Source: Promethearchaeota archaeon (GTDB lineage: Archaea > Asgardarchaeota > Lokiarchaeia > Sigyniarchaeales > SOKP01). From it: a stretch of DNA of 64,000 bases. Below the pieces are notes generated by a model. It did not search any database and was not told the origin of the DNA. It saw only the letters and a list, made by a program, of their open reading frames with translations. The stretch is from assembly GCA_018238625.1 (NCBI GenBank), contig JABCSY010000006.1, forward strand, positions 1 to 64,000, given 5' to 3'. Position numbers and translations under genes: made by a program. Shown here one piece after another: positions 11,101 to 21,294 of the stretch (position 1 is its first letter; each line of letters begins with the position of its first letter).

Positions 11101-11209
11101 TAAAAAGATATTAGAGCATCATAAGGGAAAGATATGGGTGGAATCAGAAGTAGGAAAAGGTTCTACTTTTTACTTCTCAATCCCAAAAGAGATTGATATA
11201 AAAAGCTAA
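8192..11209 (+). CDS. Multi-PAS (about six) sensor histidine kinase
   Basis: Repeated ESEEK(F/Y)R...DIT.RK PAS units, FAYVASHDLKEPLR, QNLISNAIKF, GTGIGL. Confidence 0.93.
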   Translation: MIFLNFNKVKTNEQKLKESEEKFRTISEQSLMGIAILQDDRYKYVNQAAADMLGYTVEELLDTPQGGFMNYIHPEDREFVREQATKKQMGMKDVITKYQYRGLTKLGETIWVQNYSCTITYEGKHADLITMIDFTEKVKAKAEIHKLSVYNRNLIEVSLDPLATIDQDGKIMDVNFATETITGQSREELIGTEFSSYFTEPEKATEGYKRVFETGSVRDYELGLQHVDGHVTPVLYNASIFKDENGKVMGVFVAARDITNRKKIEEELRESEEKYRLISENANDLIAILNSKFEHEYINEETYQRILGYSNEDMLGKTRHDIVHPADTKQAFKVLKDGFKRGEGTGELRLRHKNGNYIWVETKGRTFKGSDGLLKALTVSRDITERKLSEQRLKESEEKFRYFFNNAQIGLFWSRISDGKFLECNNTFAKLVGYDTREECLADYIALEHYVDLNTRNKMLEEIRINNEIKDFEIQVTKRDGTPFWASISARTDLKENRLEGAAIDITARKKAEQKLKESEEKYRSILKRIKESYFEVDLRGNYTFFNNSLVEVLGYSKDELLGLNFGRLMDKENKRKVFKVFNEVYNSSKEKENFQFEVMKKNGEIIAAETSIYLKYDQDGNKIGFGGIVRDITDRKKAEKALKESEARFKGIFESKMIGTFFWDANGDITNANDVYLEMVGYSKDEVLSGTVRWKDLTPPEYTDLDNKALEEITTKGVMTPIEKEYIRKNGSRFPILIGGSALPGSTLGGVSFALDITERKKGEQIIKNLLEKLRRINIELEQFAYVASHDLKEPLRMILSFARLLARHYKGKVDEDADDFIDFIVAGAMRMQKLINALLSYSQIGRSDKQFRLIDVDIVLKEVIANLRHLIEESNTIITIDPLPKLVANEVEFIQLFQNLISNAIKFHGESPPLIHVSVKLQKKQWIFSVRDNGIGIDSKDYKRIFIIFQRLRTKYEYEGTGIGLSICKKILEHHKGKIWVESEVGKGSTFYFSIPKEIDIKS

Positions 11210-11285
11210 ATTAATCACAAGAAAGAATCAGAGTTAAAGAAGTTAAGAATTAAACTTTAGAAAATTTGAGAGCTAAACGATTAAA

Positions 11286-11726
11286 ATGAAACAAAGGAAT
11301 GAAGCAAAACCATTTGAAATATTATTGGTAGAAGTTAATCCTGCTGATGTTCGTTTAACTATGGAAGCCCTAAAAGAAAGTCCCAGGAATATTAAGCTTC
11401 ATGTAGTAGAAAATGGCATAGAAGCATTACATTTTTTAAGGAAAGAGAAAGATTATAGGGCAAGTCCAACACCAGATCTTATTTTTTTAGACTTAAATTT
11501 ACCTAAAAAAAATGGTCGAGAGGTCCTAGCTGAAATAAAGGAGGATATAAATCTTAAACAAATTCCTGTAGCTGTTCTTACAATTTCGTCAGCAGAAGAA
11601 GATATTGTAAATGCTTATGAAAATCATGCAAATTGCTATATAATAAAACCTTTGGATTTAGATCAATTCGTTAAAAAAATATTGAATATAATAGAATTCT
11701 GGTCATTAAGTGTTAGATTACCTTAA
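11286..11726 (+). CDS. Single-domain response regulator (Rcp1-like)
   Basis: ILLVEVNPAD, IFLDLNLPKKNG, ANCYIIKP. Confidence 0.9.
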   Translation: MKQRNEAKPFEILLVEVNPADVRLTMEALKESPRNIKLHVVENGIEALHFLRKEKDYRASPTPDLIFLDLNLPKKNGREVLAEIKEDINLKQIPVAVLTISSAEEDIVNAYENHANCYIIKPLDLDQFVKKILNIIEFWSLSVRLP

Positions 11727-11782
11727 CATATAGAATGTATAAATAAGATTAAATTGAATTAAAAAGAGCTAGAAAGAGAGAA

Positions 11783-14011
11783 ATGCAGAGTAATAATGGT
11801 TTAAATCAAATTATATACATGCTTCTAATCGAAGATAATACCGGTGATATACGAATAATAAAAGAACTCCTTAAGGAGGCTAAAGAATTTATATTCGATT
11901 TGCGTATTGCCGAAAATTTTTCGAAAGGATTGATTTGTATCAAAGAGGCTTCGTTTGATATTATTCTTCTAGACCTTATGCTCCCGGACAGCTCTGGTAT
12001 AGAAACATTAGAACGGATGTTAGATGAAATTTCGATAAGTCCCATTATTGTGCTTACAGGGATGGATAACATGAATTTAGCAATTAAGGCAGTTAAAGCA
12101 GGTGCTCAAGATTATTTAGTTAAAGGACAGATTGAAAGCAATTCATTAATACTCTCAATATTTCATGCAATTGATAGACATAAAATGAAGCAAACTATTG
12201 AATCATTAGTATATAAATTACAAAAAGATGAGATTCAATTACGCAAAATAATAGAAGAGAACGCTGATAGTATTGTCATTGTCGATAAAAAAGGAGTAGT
12301 CCGTTTTGTAAACCCAATTGCAGAAAAATTTTTTGGACGATATAAGAATGAATTTATTGGGGAAAATTTTGGTTACCCTACTGGACCAGAAACTCAAGAG
12401 ATAACTATTATACGAAAGTCTGGTAATATCGCAATTGCTGAAATCAATTCAGTAGAAATAGATTGGGAAGGTGAAATTGCTGATTTATTAACTATTCGAG
12501 ATGTATCTGAACATCGAATGTATGAATTGCGCATACAAGAATCTGAAAAGAGATATCGAGATTTATTTGAAAAATCTCCATATCCAATTTTAATTTTAAA
12601 CAAACAAGGCGTAGTTATTGACTGTAATTCCGGTTTAGAGCAATTACTTGATTTTAAAAAAGAGGTTATAATTAATAAAAATTATAAAGAAACTCCCTTG
12701 GCTAATCCGGAGTATTTAGAATTATTTGATAAGGTTCACAGTGAAATATTAAAAGGAAATTTCCCAAATCCGATAGAAATTAAATATTTAAAATCAATAA
12801 AAGACGAAATTATTTGGCTTAAACTAAATTTTTCATCTATAATTATAGGAAACCAGGCTTTAATTTATATTTTAATTCAAGATATTACAGAAATTAAGCA
12901 ATCAGAGCAAGAAGTAAAAAGATTGGAGCAAACGCTTCATGAAATGAATGCGTTGATAGAGGATGCTCCTCTAGCAATATTTTTAATTGATAAAACGAGT
13001 AAGATTTTAAGAGCTAATAAAAAAGCTTTAAATTTATTTCAATATCATTTAGATGAGATATTAAATCTAAATATATTCGATTTAGTTAGTTCAGAATTTT
13101 CAGAAATTATTACAACGCACTATACTAAAGAATTATATGATTCTTCAGAACCAATTAAGATAGAAATCGTAGTTCAAAAAAAAGATGGAAAAAAGATTGA
13201 TGTAGAAATTACCTCTAGAATAATAAGAATCGCAAATAATATGATTATTCAATCTTTTTTTTCCGATATTACTGAGCGTAAAAAATATGAAAGGAATCGT
13301 CAAGAATTATTAGACAAATTAATTTCCTCCTTAGAATTTAAATCGAGATTCCTCGCAACTATGTCTCACGAGTTAAGAACGCCTTTAAATGCTATAATCG
13401 GCTTTACATCATTATTGTTAGACAGAAGTTATGGACAGTTAAATGAAGATCAAATTGATTTTTTGGAAGATGTTACTTCAGAAGCAGATCATTTAAAAAA
13501 ATTAATCGACACGATTTTAGATTTATCGATTATTGATATGGGTAAATTTGAACTAACTACAGAAAATTTTGAGTTACTCTCCATTACAAAAGAAATAGTT
13601 TCAATTGTAAATCATTTATTTAAGAAGAAAAGATTAGATATTAGTTTAGAAGGTATAAATAAACATATTTATATTAAAGCAGATCAATTTAGGTTTAAGC
13701 AAATTTTATATAATTTAATTGATAATGCGATAAAATTCACAGAACACGGTAAGATTACGTTTAGATGCATAGAAAAAGACGATTATTGGGAGTTTCATGT
13801 TGAAGACACCGGAATAGGGATTGCAAAGGAAGATTATGATGTAGTGTTTAGAGAATTTGGTAGAATTAAAAACGATAAAAGAGAAAATGTTCCTGGTTCA
13901 GGTATAGGTCTAGCACTATCAAAAAGATTAGTACAGCTTCACGGGGGAGATATCTGGTTTGAAAGCGAAGTAGGGAAAGGTACAACCTTCATTTTTACAA
14001 TCCCCAAATAA
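11783..14011 (+). CDS. Hybrid receiver-PAS histidine kinase
   Basis: N-terminal REC (LLIEDN, ILLDLMLPD), PAS domains, MSHELRTPLNAIIGF, NLIDNAIKF, DTGIG. Confidence 0.93.
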   Translation: MQSNNGLNQIIYMLLIEDNTGDIRIIKELLKEAKEFIFDLRIAENFSKGLICIKEASFDIILLDLMLPDSSGIETLERMLDEISISPIIVLTGMDNMNLAIKAVKAGAQDYLVKGQIESNSLILSIFHAIDRHKMKQTIESLVYKLQKDEIQLRKIIEENADSIVIVDKKGVVRFVNPIAEKFFGRYKNEFIGENFGYPTGPETQEITIIRKSGNIAIAEINSVEIDWEGEIADLLTIRDVSEHRMYELRIQESEKRYRDLFEKSPYPILILNKQGVVIDCNSGLEQLLDFKKEVIINKNYKETPLANPEYLELFDKVHSEILKGNFPNPIEIKYLKSIKDEIIWLKLNFSSIIIGNQALIYILIQDITEIKQSEQEVKRLEQTLHEMNALIEDAPLAIFLIDKTSKILRANKKALNLFQYHLDEILNLNIFDLVSSEFSEIITTHYTKELYDSSEPIKIEIVVQKKDGKKIDVEITSRIIRIANNMIIQSFFSDITERKKYERNRQELLDKLISSLEFKSRFLATMSHELRTPLNAIIGFTSLLLDRSYGQLNEDQIDFLEDVTSEADHLKKLIDTILDLSIIDMGKFELTTENFELLSITKEIVSIVNHLFKKKRLDISLEGINKHIYIKADQFRFKQILYNLIDNAIKFTEHGKITFRCIEKDDYWEFHVEDTGIGIAKEDYDVVFREFGRIKNDKRENVPGSGIGLALSKRLVQLHGGDIWFESEVGKGTTFIFTIPK

Positions 14012-14047
14012 TCTTGAGAATAAATTTGGACTTTTAAAATAAATTAT

Positions 14048-15199
14048 CTACTTTTTTTTTATTCTGGTTTCTGGTATTAATATTATAAAATTACTACCCT
14101 TAGTATGATCTCCTTTAATGCTATCTTCTACCCTAATTTGTCCTTTGTAACTATCTAACAGTCTTTTTACAAGGGATAAACCTATACCCATTCCGCCAAT
14201 ATAATTGTTATCTGGAGAAGCTCTAGTAAAAATTGAGGCTTTCCTCGAATCCTCTATGCCAGTCCCGTTATCTATAAACTCTATTTTGACACAGCTTATT
14301 TGATTTTCTTTCTTTTTCGAAATTTTAATTGCTATTTCTACACTCAGATTTTCGTTATGTTTTACAGCATTAACTAAAATATTTTCAAAAACATCTAATA
14401 AAAGCTCATTTGCTTGAACATAGACTCTCTTATAAGAAGAGTGAATTTTTATATTAATATTATGGGTCTGATATCCGTCTTTTAAATTATTAATTGAAGT
14501 CTTTAAAAGACTAAGTATTTCTTTTGATTGAATAGGCGTTGTGTATTCTTCAAGTTGAGATAGCTTACGAACATTAGAGATTAATGTTGAACCTCGAATG
14601 ATTTGATTTTCGATAATTCCTATTATATCCACAATATCATTTTTAACATCTAGATTCATCATTTGAAATTTACAGAGTTGGGCAACTGATAATATCCCCT
14701 GTAAAACATTACTCATATCGTGAGCAAAAATATCTTTGTAAAAATTAGCCCGTTGGAATTCTTCTTCAATTTTATTTTTAGAAAGTTCTAGTTCTAGCTT
14801 GACTTGCTGTCTTTCAATTGCATATAAAATTGAGCGTTCTAATAATACGGGATCAATTTTTCCTTTAACTAAATAATCTTGCATTCCAAGTTTAAGGGAA
14901 TTAATCGCTAATTCTTCATCATCCCTTCCTGTAAGTATAATAATTGGCATAGCCTCAACCTTTTCACGAATAATAGATATCGTGTTAAGCCCTGTGCAAT
15001 CGGGAAGATTAAGGTCCAATAGGATTACATTTATCTCGCTTTTTAGAAGCTCTTCTAATCCCTCGCTAAGCGTCTTGTGATTAAAGAAATTGAATTGAAA
15101 TCTTTTTGCCTCTTTTAACATTTCTTCAATCAATCGAGCATCTCCAGGATTATCTTCGATGATTAGGACCGAGATCTCTTCTTTAATTAGTATTTTCAA
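14048..15199 (-). CDS. Hybrid receiver-histidine kinase
   Basis: VLIIEDNPGD, ILLDLNLPD, FAHDMSN, ENILVNAVKH, DNGTG, GMGIGL. Confidence 0.9.
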   Translation of the reverse strand: MKILIKEEISVLIIEDNPGDARLIEEMLKEAKRFQFNFFNHKTLSEGLEELLKSEINVILLDLNLPDCTGLNTISIIREKVEAMPIIILTGRDDEELAINSLKLGMQDYLVKGKIDPVLLERSILYAIERQQVKLELELSKNKIEEEFQRANFYKDIFAHDMSNVLQGILSVAQLCKFQMMNLDVKNDIVDIIGIIENQIIRGSTLISNVRKLSQLEEYTTPIQSKEILSLLKTSINNLKDGYQTHNINIKIHSSYKRVYVQANELLLDVFENILVNAVKHNENLSVEIAIKISKKKENQISCVKIEFIDNGTGIEDSRKASIFTRASPDNNYIGGMGIGLSLVKRLLDSYKGQIRVEDSIKGDHTKGSNFIILIPETRIKKK

Positions 15200-15568
15200 A
15201 ACCTATTTTAATTTTGTGGAGTTATTTTTTAATATAACCTTTAAAAACATTCATTTACTAAACAATTATCAATCTATCTTCCTATTTTAGGATTTTAAAA
15301 TAAATTGGAATTTTCGAAATTTAACAACTATAAAAAAGAACTAATATTAAAATGTTACCCCAAAAAATTATTTAAATGTGTTATTCCTAAACTTTTTAGT
15401 TTTCTACACTACTCAAACTTGATTTGGCACAAGAACTTATTTTTTGTTATAAAAAAGTTTAAATATAAACTAAAATATTATCTTTTTGTACAAATATTAG
15501 TAAATATTTTTTATATTCTAAAAAATTAAATTAAAAATAAATTAGACAAAATCGCAAACCAAAGAATT

Positions 15569-16378
15569 ATGATTGTATTCGAGCCTGATAAGTCCATTTC
15601 CATGGAGCTTCTTGGCGTAGGATTGACAAAATTATCCGATTTAAATGCTGGAGGGAAAATAAATATAATTTACCAAAAAGGAATAGGCGACCAACTCATC
15701 CAAAAATTAATTAATTTAAATAAAGAGAAAATATTAGGAAACAAACGAGGATTTTTAATTGATAATATTTGTAATTATACCGCATATATTCACTATTTTG
15801 ACAATAAACACAAGGAAATAACCGTTATAATTTATCTGGATACGAAAAAATCAATATTAAAATTCTCTAAATTTTATTATTTCTCGAAGAAATTAAACGA
15901 AGCACTTTCCTCTAAAAGATCACTTTCAGAAATTCAGCAAATTTGTGAACAAGATTTCGAAATTCCAAAATCAAATTCTTTATTAGCGCTTCTTATAATA
16001 AGCACAGCTGGACATTTATATTTTTCAAAAATTAATTACAACAAAACGAAACTCGCAAATGTTGAACTTCAAATCAGCGGTTTTATATCTGCTCTATTAT
16101 CATTTACGAAAGAATTGATTGGTCAAGGGCCGGGTATAAGCCTTAAAGAGATAAATTTTGGAAATCAGCGAATTTATCTAATTATAAAAAATGATGTCGT
16201 TTTTGCTTATTTGGTCGAAAAAGAAAAAATATTAAAAATTGATAAAAGGTATATGCAACTAATCTCTGATGAGTTTATAACTTTATTCAAAGATCGAGTA
16301 AATCCACAAACTTTTGATGGAGATGTCTCCCATTTCAAAAGATTTGGAAGCATAGTGGATAATTATTTCGTTATTTAA
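15569..16378 (+). CDS. Longin/roadblock-like domain protein
   Basis: C-terminal LLIISTAGHLYFSK...ISGFISALLSFTKEL...LKEINFG...VVFAYLV pattern typical of longin folds. Confidence 0.6.
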   Translation: MIVFEPDKSISMELLGVGLTKLSDLNAGGKINIIYQKGIGDQLIQKLINLNKEKILGNKRGFLIDNICNYTAYIHYFDNKHKEITVIIYLDTKKSILKFSKFYYFSKKLNEALSSKRSLSEIQQICEQDFEIPKSNSLLALLIISTAGHLYFSKINYNKTKLANVELQISGFISALLSFTKELIGQGPGISLKEINFGNQRIYLIIKNDVVFAYLVEKEKILKIDKRYMQLISDEFITLFKDRVNPQTFDGDVSHFKRFGSIVDNYFVI

Positions 16379-16515
16379 TCATTTTAGGCAAATATAATCC
16401 TACTTTATTCTTTTTCCGTTTCTCTAAAAAAAGGATATCTGTATTTACAATTTAAGTTCTTCAGATATATAAATTTAAAAAAGAATTGATATCTACAGGT
16501 GAATTAATCAAAACT

Positions 16516-18057
16516 TTAACGAAAAATCTGATTTAAGCATTCAACCGTTTGCTTTTCGTCCTTAGCCAAGTAGTTCTGTTTGAAGATAGATGCAAAAAAC
16601 GCGCGATCTTTTGGGTTGAAATATTTATAACCAAATTTATTCCAAGCGGTTTTTTTATTTAAGGGCGCAAGCAAAGCGATTTGATCTTTTACTAATTGAG
16701 TTAGTATGATTGGAACTTCTTCTTTGTTATTCGGTGTGAAAGCGTTCAATAAAATATCGTCGTTAAAGTTATCCCAAGTATCCTTGAATTGTATACAAAA
16801 TCTTCTAATATCGACCTTGTTTTCTACGATTAATTTTGCCAAAGCTTTTATAGCGATTTCATAAGAAGTAGGGTTACTATTTGATGGGTTTGATATTAAA
16901 GTGCTTGGTAAACTACTTCCGTTGTTTTTATTTTGAGGTAAGTTATACTCCGGAAGAATTTTTATCTGGTTTAACCCCATGATATTTCTGACGTCTTTAA
17001 TATTTCCACCTGTGTCAAAAAACCGTTTGTTTATAATGTATGTCAGAAGCTTTTGAGCGTGAACATCTCCAAAGTAAGGGTAATCTGAGGCGTATAGAAG
17101 GTATTCGGACCAATCTCGCTTATCGACTCTTATTTTATTTTGTGCCTTAAACCATGTTCTAAAATCTTCTAAAAAGTTCCCAGCCCCCTCTCCATGAAGC
17201 ATAGATAAATCGCCATAAGTATTTGGTTGGACAATCGCATTATAGACTTCGTAATCGCCAATATTTCCTTGAGCGAAATGTGCGATTATAACCTTGAAAT
17301 GAGGTAATAACTCGGGATAATGTTGAGCTAACGTTGTCCTAGTAGTCCTAATTAACTCGGCGATGTCTAATATCGAGCCTCTACCGCGAGTGTCGAATAA
17401 TACGGGCATTGAATGGCTTGCGGCTTCAATTAAAACCTTTTGTGGTTTACCTGTTTTAATATTATCGATCCATCTTTCTGATCGAGGATGTAATTTTAGA
17501 CCCCGGAGACCTAATACTTCTCGAGCGTATGTTACCTCCTTAATTGCCTTTTCACCTTCCATAGGATCGCAGCGAGCGTATCCAATTAGTTTCATAGAAA
17601 ATGGGAAGCGCGTAGTAAATCTGGAAACGTTAATGTTGCTAGCTCGATACAAAGCTTCTGGATGTTTATTTCTAAACACATCTTGAAAAGGAAAAACAAC
17701 GCCTTGATCGATGAAAGAATAAAATTTCGACTTTTCTTTTAAATCAGAATACCTTTTTCCCAAAGTTTCTAACGCAGCATATAATTTATCTGTAAAAGGA
17801 TAGGGGTTGAACGACCAAGCAATTTTAGTCGATTTCCCGTCCATTGAAGTTTTAAAGGATTGTTCTCCGGTTTTTACCCATTCTGATTTTAATCTTCCTT
17901 GAACGTTACCCCAAAAATCAAAAGTTCCTGTACCCGGTGCTAGTGGATTCATCATTGTTGCTCCATCCACGTCTTCTCCTAAATGCGAGTGGGCATCGAT
18001 TACATATATGTTTTCTATTCGCGTTTTTCCTTCTTGTTCGATAGTTGCTGTTAGCAT
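16516..18057 (-). CDS. Amidohydrolase family protein
   Basis: IDAHSHLG, GLKLHP, IIAH, YASDYPY metal-binding motifs. Confidence 0.85.
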   Translation of the reverse strand: MLTATIEQEGKTRIENIYVIDAHSHLGEDVDGATMMNPLAPGTGTFDFWGNVQGRLKSEWVKTGEQSFKTSMDGKSTKIAWSFNPYPFTDKLYAALETLGKRYSDLKEKSKFYSFIDQGVVFPFQDVFRNKHPEALYRASNINVSRFTTRFPFSMKLIGYARCDPMEGEKAIKEVTYAREVLGLRGLKLHPRSERWIDNIKTGKPQKVLIEAASHSMPVLFDTRGRGSILDIAELIRTTRTTLAQHYPELLPHFKVIIAHFAQGNIGDYEVYNAIVQPNTYGDLSMLHGEGAGNFLEDFRTWFKAQNKIRVDKRDWSEYLLYASDYPYFGDVHAQKLLTYIINKRFFDTGGNIKDVRNIMGLNQIKILPEYNLPQNKNNGSSLPSTLISNPSNSNPTSYEIAIKALAKLIVENKVDIRRFCIQFKDTWDNFNDDILLNAFTPNNKEEVPIILTQLVKDQIALLAPLNKKTAWNKFGYKYFNPKDRAFFASIFKQNYLAKDEKQTVECLNQIFR

Positions 18058-18333
18058 TTTATTTATTTTTATTGCTTTAACTTTTTTTTTTTCTTATTTC
18101 TATAGAAGAAATTTTGATTACTTTAGATTATATCAAGTTGTCTCCTTATATATTCTTAAGTAATAATTATTCCTTATATATTATAGCGTTTCGATTGTTT
18201 CTAAAAGATTGTTCAAAAAAATTTTGAATAATTAATTTTATATAAATATTATATTTTATATTCAAATTTCTTTTTTGTTAAAAAGTTAGTTTTAAGTTAG
18301 TATTAAAAATAACCCCGATATTAAAAATTTAAT

Positions 18334-18822
18334 TTACCATTCAATCTCTTCGCCAAAATGTTTTATTGGCCAAGCCCAGTAATGCTTTTCCTTTTTAACT
18401 CCTTTTTTTTTCAATTCTTTAAATAAATTCTCCTTTTGTTCTTTTACCAATCCCAATGGGTCATACAGAAGTCTCCCTTCATCCAATGCATATAAAATAA
18501 GATCGGTTTTGATTCGAACTAAATTTTTAAATTCACTTTCAGTCATCCAAAGCGAATCTACTCTTGAAGGTGAGAACTCCATTAATTTTAATTTCAGCGC
18601 GCTTCTTTTTCTATGATGTTCTGGCAGTTCATTGTCTTTAAAAATTATAATTAAATCAATATCACTTCGCTTTTCTTCTGAATAAATGGCATCTCCTCTA
18701 GCCAATGAACCAAATAAAACAATTCCTACGATGATTTTATTTACTTGAAATAGTTGAGTTAAGTAGTTTTCCAATTTTGTTGAATAATACTCGTTATTTA
18801 AAAACTTCAAATTTATGTCCAT
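18334..18822 (-). CDS. Minimal nucleotidyltransferase (MNT antitoxin)
   Basis: LFGSLARGD...SDIDL motif; overlaps the HEPN gene. Confidence 0.85.
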   Translation of the reverse strand: MDINLKFLNNEYYSTKLENYLTQLFQVNKIIVGIVLFGSLARGDAIYSEEKRSDIDLIIIFKDNELPEHHRKRSALKLKLMEFSPSRVDSLWMTESEFKNLVRIKTDLILYALDEGRLLYDPLGLVKEQKENLFKELKKKGVKKEKHYWAWPIKHFGEEIEW

Positions 18823-19334
18823 TGTTTCAATTCTCCGAGTAATGATTCTAATCGATCTAAATCTTTAAATTCTTCTTTTGTCATGTTCAAGCTCTTCTTA
18901 AGAAGCTTTAAATATAAAATTACGATCTTTTCAAGATTTATGAGAAAATCTTTGATATTTTCGAAGGATTGATAAATCTCTTCAGCGATAATTAATTTAT
19001 TATTCTTGATTGTTCCATATCGAGTTTGAACCCCTTCATTCTCAAAAAATTTTGAATGTTTTAGAATTTTTTTAAGTATCTCTTTTGTTTCTAAATCTAT
19101 CGCTAAAGAAGACTCACTTTTTAGAACATCTTTTAAAATATCTGTTGGAACATGGGTTTTTTCCACTTTCAAACCCATAAAACTTAGGATAGCTTTATTT
19201 AATTTTTCTACTGCAAACTGACTTCTAAACGCTACAAGAGAAAAATAATCATTTTGAAGACTATTTATCACGATTTTTATATCACTTATAGCGGATTTGA
19301 TCAAACTTTTTCCTTGAGAAAAATTAGTATTCAT
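18813..19334 (-). CDS. HEPN domain protein (HEPN-MNT toxin-antitoxin pair)
   Basis: FRSQFAVEKLNKAIL...KTH...TRYG pattern; coupled to MNT. Confidence 0.75.
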   Translation of the reverse strand: MNTNFSQGKSLIKSAISDIKIVINSLQNDYFSLVAFRSQFAVEKLNKAILSFMGLKVEKTHVPTDILKDVLKSESSLAIDLETKEILKKILKHSKFFENEGVQTRYGTIKNNKLIIAEEIYQSFENIKDFLINLEKIVILYLKLLKKSLNMTKEEFKDLDRLESLLGELKQWT

Positions 19335-19563
19335 TTTATATGATATATATTTTCATTTATTCTACTAAATAATTATCTTTTTATTTATAAATTTTTATGA
19401 GTTTTATTCCTAAATCATTTGGAACGATTCAATTTTATTTCATTATTATAATAACATTATATTATTCTTATGCTGGAATTTAAAACAATCATTAGATTTT
19501 AATCGTTAATTTTCCTTTTGTTAGCATAAATAATCTGTGAAAGATAAAAAAAAATCAATTATA

Positions 19564-21264
19564 TTACTCTCTCATTTCTTTTGGAAGAGACAATACGCCT
19601 GTAAGCGGATTATTTAACGGATCTTGACAATATTCAATTGTGAAATATATTAAATCATTTAAAATATTTGGATCTTGTCCTGCCTTTAGTTTATAATCGT
19701 AAAGAGATAATTGATACTCCGCCTCAGTTATTGGAGGTTCCGCGTAGCTTACATTTCCAAAAACTGATTGAAGTATAGGTTTCAAAAACGGCGAGTAGAG
19801 AAAACCAAGTTCTTTTAATTCGTCTTTTAAGTAGAAAAACATCCTTTGAACTGCTTGCATCATATACCTAATAGGTTGATTCTCAGGCCCTAAATATTGT
19901 TCTGCAAAATTCGGGTCATATTGCGCGAGATGTTCTCGAGTAAGATTTTGAGGGCGGAATAACGATATTAACCCTCTTTCGATGGTAGTCTTTCTATTAT
20001 ACGCGATCGTCTCGCTACCCGCGTCCGGCACCCATACTCCTTGGTCTAATAACTTTCGAGTTTTATAACACATCGCTTGTAGTAATAAGGCGATCCCTAT
20101 TCTACGGCATATTGAAATTTGAGCGTCGCTAACTCTTATTTCAATTGTTCCCCAATCTGTGAATGGAAACACGTCTTGGAAGCGTCCATCCTCTAAACTC
20201 GCTTTCTGGACAACTTGAAGGAAGTAGTCGATTGTATCTTGGTCTCCCGAAGTTATATAGGGGGGAAAATGTTTAGGGTCGTTGTTACTTAACATTGTAG
20301 TGTTATTTTTTAACCTTAAAGAACGTACGCAATTTGGCGCTGTAATTCTATTATTAACTATTTTAATAACATCTGTTGGCTTATTATTTAATATAGGTGA
20401 ATTACATGTAAGAGCAATTATATGCGGAATAAAGTTACGAATCATACAATATGACTGCACTTTTTCTAAATCAGATTTAAAGGAGCCAATGTGGCTATGG
20501 TCCGCCTGGGTCAACCCGCGCATATATTCTTTAGCTGCTGGGTTAATGGCTGAAGCTATGATGTGTAAGTCTCTTGGTAGGGTGTTTTTTGCTAAAAGAA
20601 ATAAGGTTGATCCCCAATAAGCCAACTCCTCAACATATTCACATGGGGGCGTCACGAGTTCTAATATATAAGTAACTGCTGTAACATTACCATCACGACC
20701 AAAAGTATCAATGTCAACGACATTTCCATCTGGAAGCGGATATCTAATATCCATTACATATCCTTTTTCAATGTCATCCTTCCCATAAGGCCTTGCCAAT
20801 ACTTTTTGTCGAATATAATCGGGCACAGGTAAGAAATCGTCTCTTCCTTGGTATAAAATCTGATCCATAATTTTTATGGCATCTTTTACGATCTCTTTCA
20901 TCCGATAAACCATTTCATCACCGGGCGGGTAGTTACCACTGTCATCTGCGATAATTAATTCCATTTCAATTCCATGCGTGAAGGGTAAAGGGGTCCAATG
21001 CTCGATATCGGCTAAGATTTCCCCCCAAGATCTTTCGGGTATAAGTACTTCTCTGTAATCCGTTCCAAGAAACAATTGATCCGAAGATCTATCTATGGGT
21101 TCTCCAATAAAAACGCCTGAAGGAAGCCCCGACGCTGCTTTTGCCTTAGACTTATGCTTTTTACCCGTATCTTGTCCCATAATTTGCGAGAACGTATCGT
21201 ATTCATCTCCGCCTGATCCTTTCTTCTTTTTCTTTTTTTTATCCTTAGCCATAAATTCCTTCAC
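19564..21264 (-). CDS. Glutamate-cysteine ligase family 2 (GCS2/YbdK-like) carboxylate-amine ligase
   Basis: GIEMEL, LELVTPP, HSHIG, ALTCNSP, GTIEIRVSDAQ. Confidence 0.75.
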   Translation of the reverse strand: MKEFMAKDKKKKKKKGSGGDEYDTFSQIMGQDTGKKHKSKAKAASGLPSGVFIGEPIDRSSDQLFLGTDYREVLIPERSWGEILADIEHWTPLPFTHGIEMELIIADDSGNYPPGDEMVYRMKEIVKDAIKIMDQILYQGRDDFLPVPDYIRQKVLARPYGKDDIEKGYVMDIRYPLPDGNVVDIDTFGRDGNVTAVTYILELVTPPCEYVEELAYWGSTLFLLAKNTLPRDLHIIASAINPAAKEYMRGLTQADHSHIGSFKSDLEKVQSYCMIRNFIPHIIALTCNSPILNNKPTDVIKIVNNRITAPNCVRSLRLKNNTTMLSNNDPKHFPPYITSGDQDTIDYFLQVVQKASLEDGRFQDVFPFTDWGTIEIRVSDAQISICRRIGIALLLQAMCYKTRKLLDQGVWVPDAGSETIAYNRKTTIERGLISLFRPQNLTREHLAQYDPNFAEQYLGPENQPIRYMMQAVQRMFFYLKDELKELGFLYSPFLKPILQSVFGNVSYAEPPITEAEYQLSLYDYKLKAGQDPNILNDLIYFTIEYCQDPLNNPLTGVLSLPKEMRE

Positions 21265-21294
21265 TTTTTAATTTTAGTTTGAAAAATTATTAAA

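Noticed and set aside
15305-15529. 74-aa ORF, plus the many short antisense ORFs in the track
   Set aside because: Either AT-rich intergenic composition or shadows of well-supported genes on the other strand or frame.
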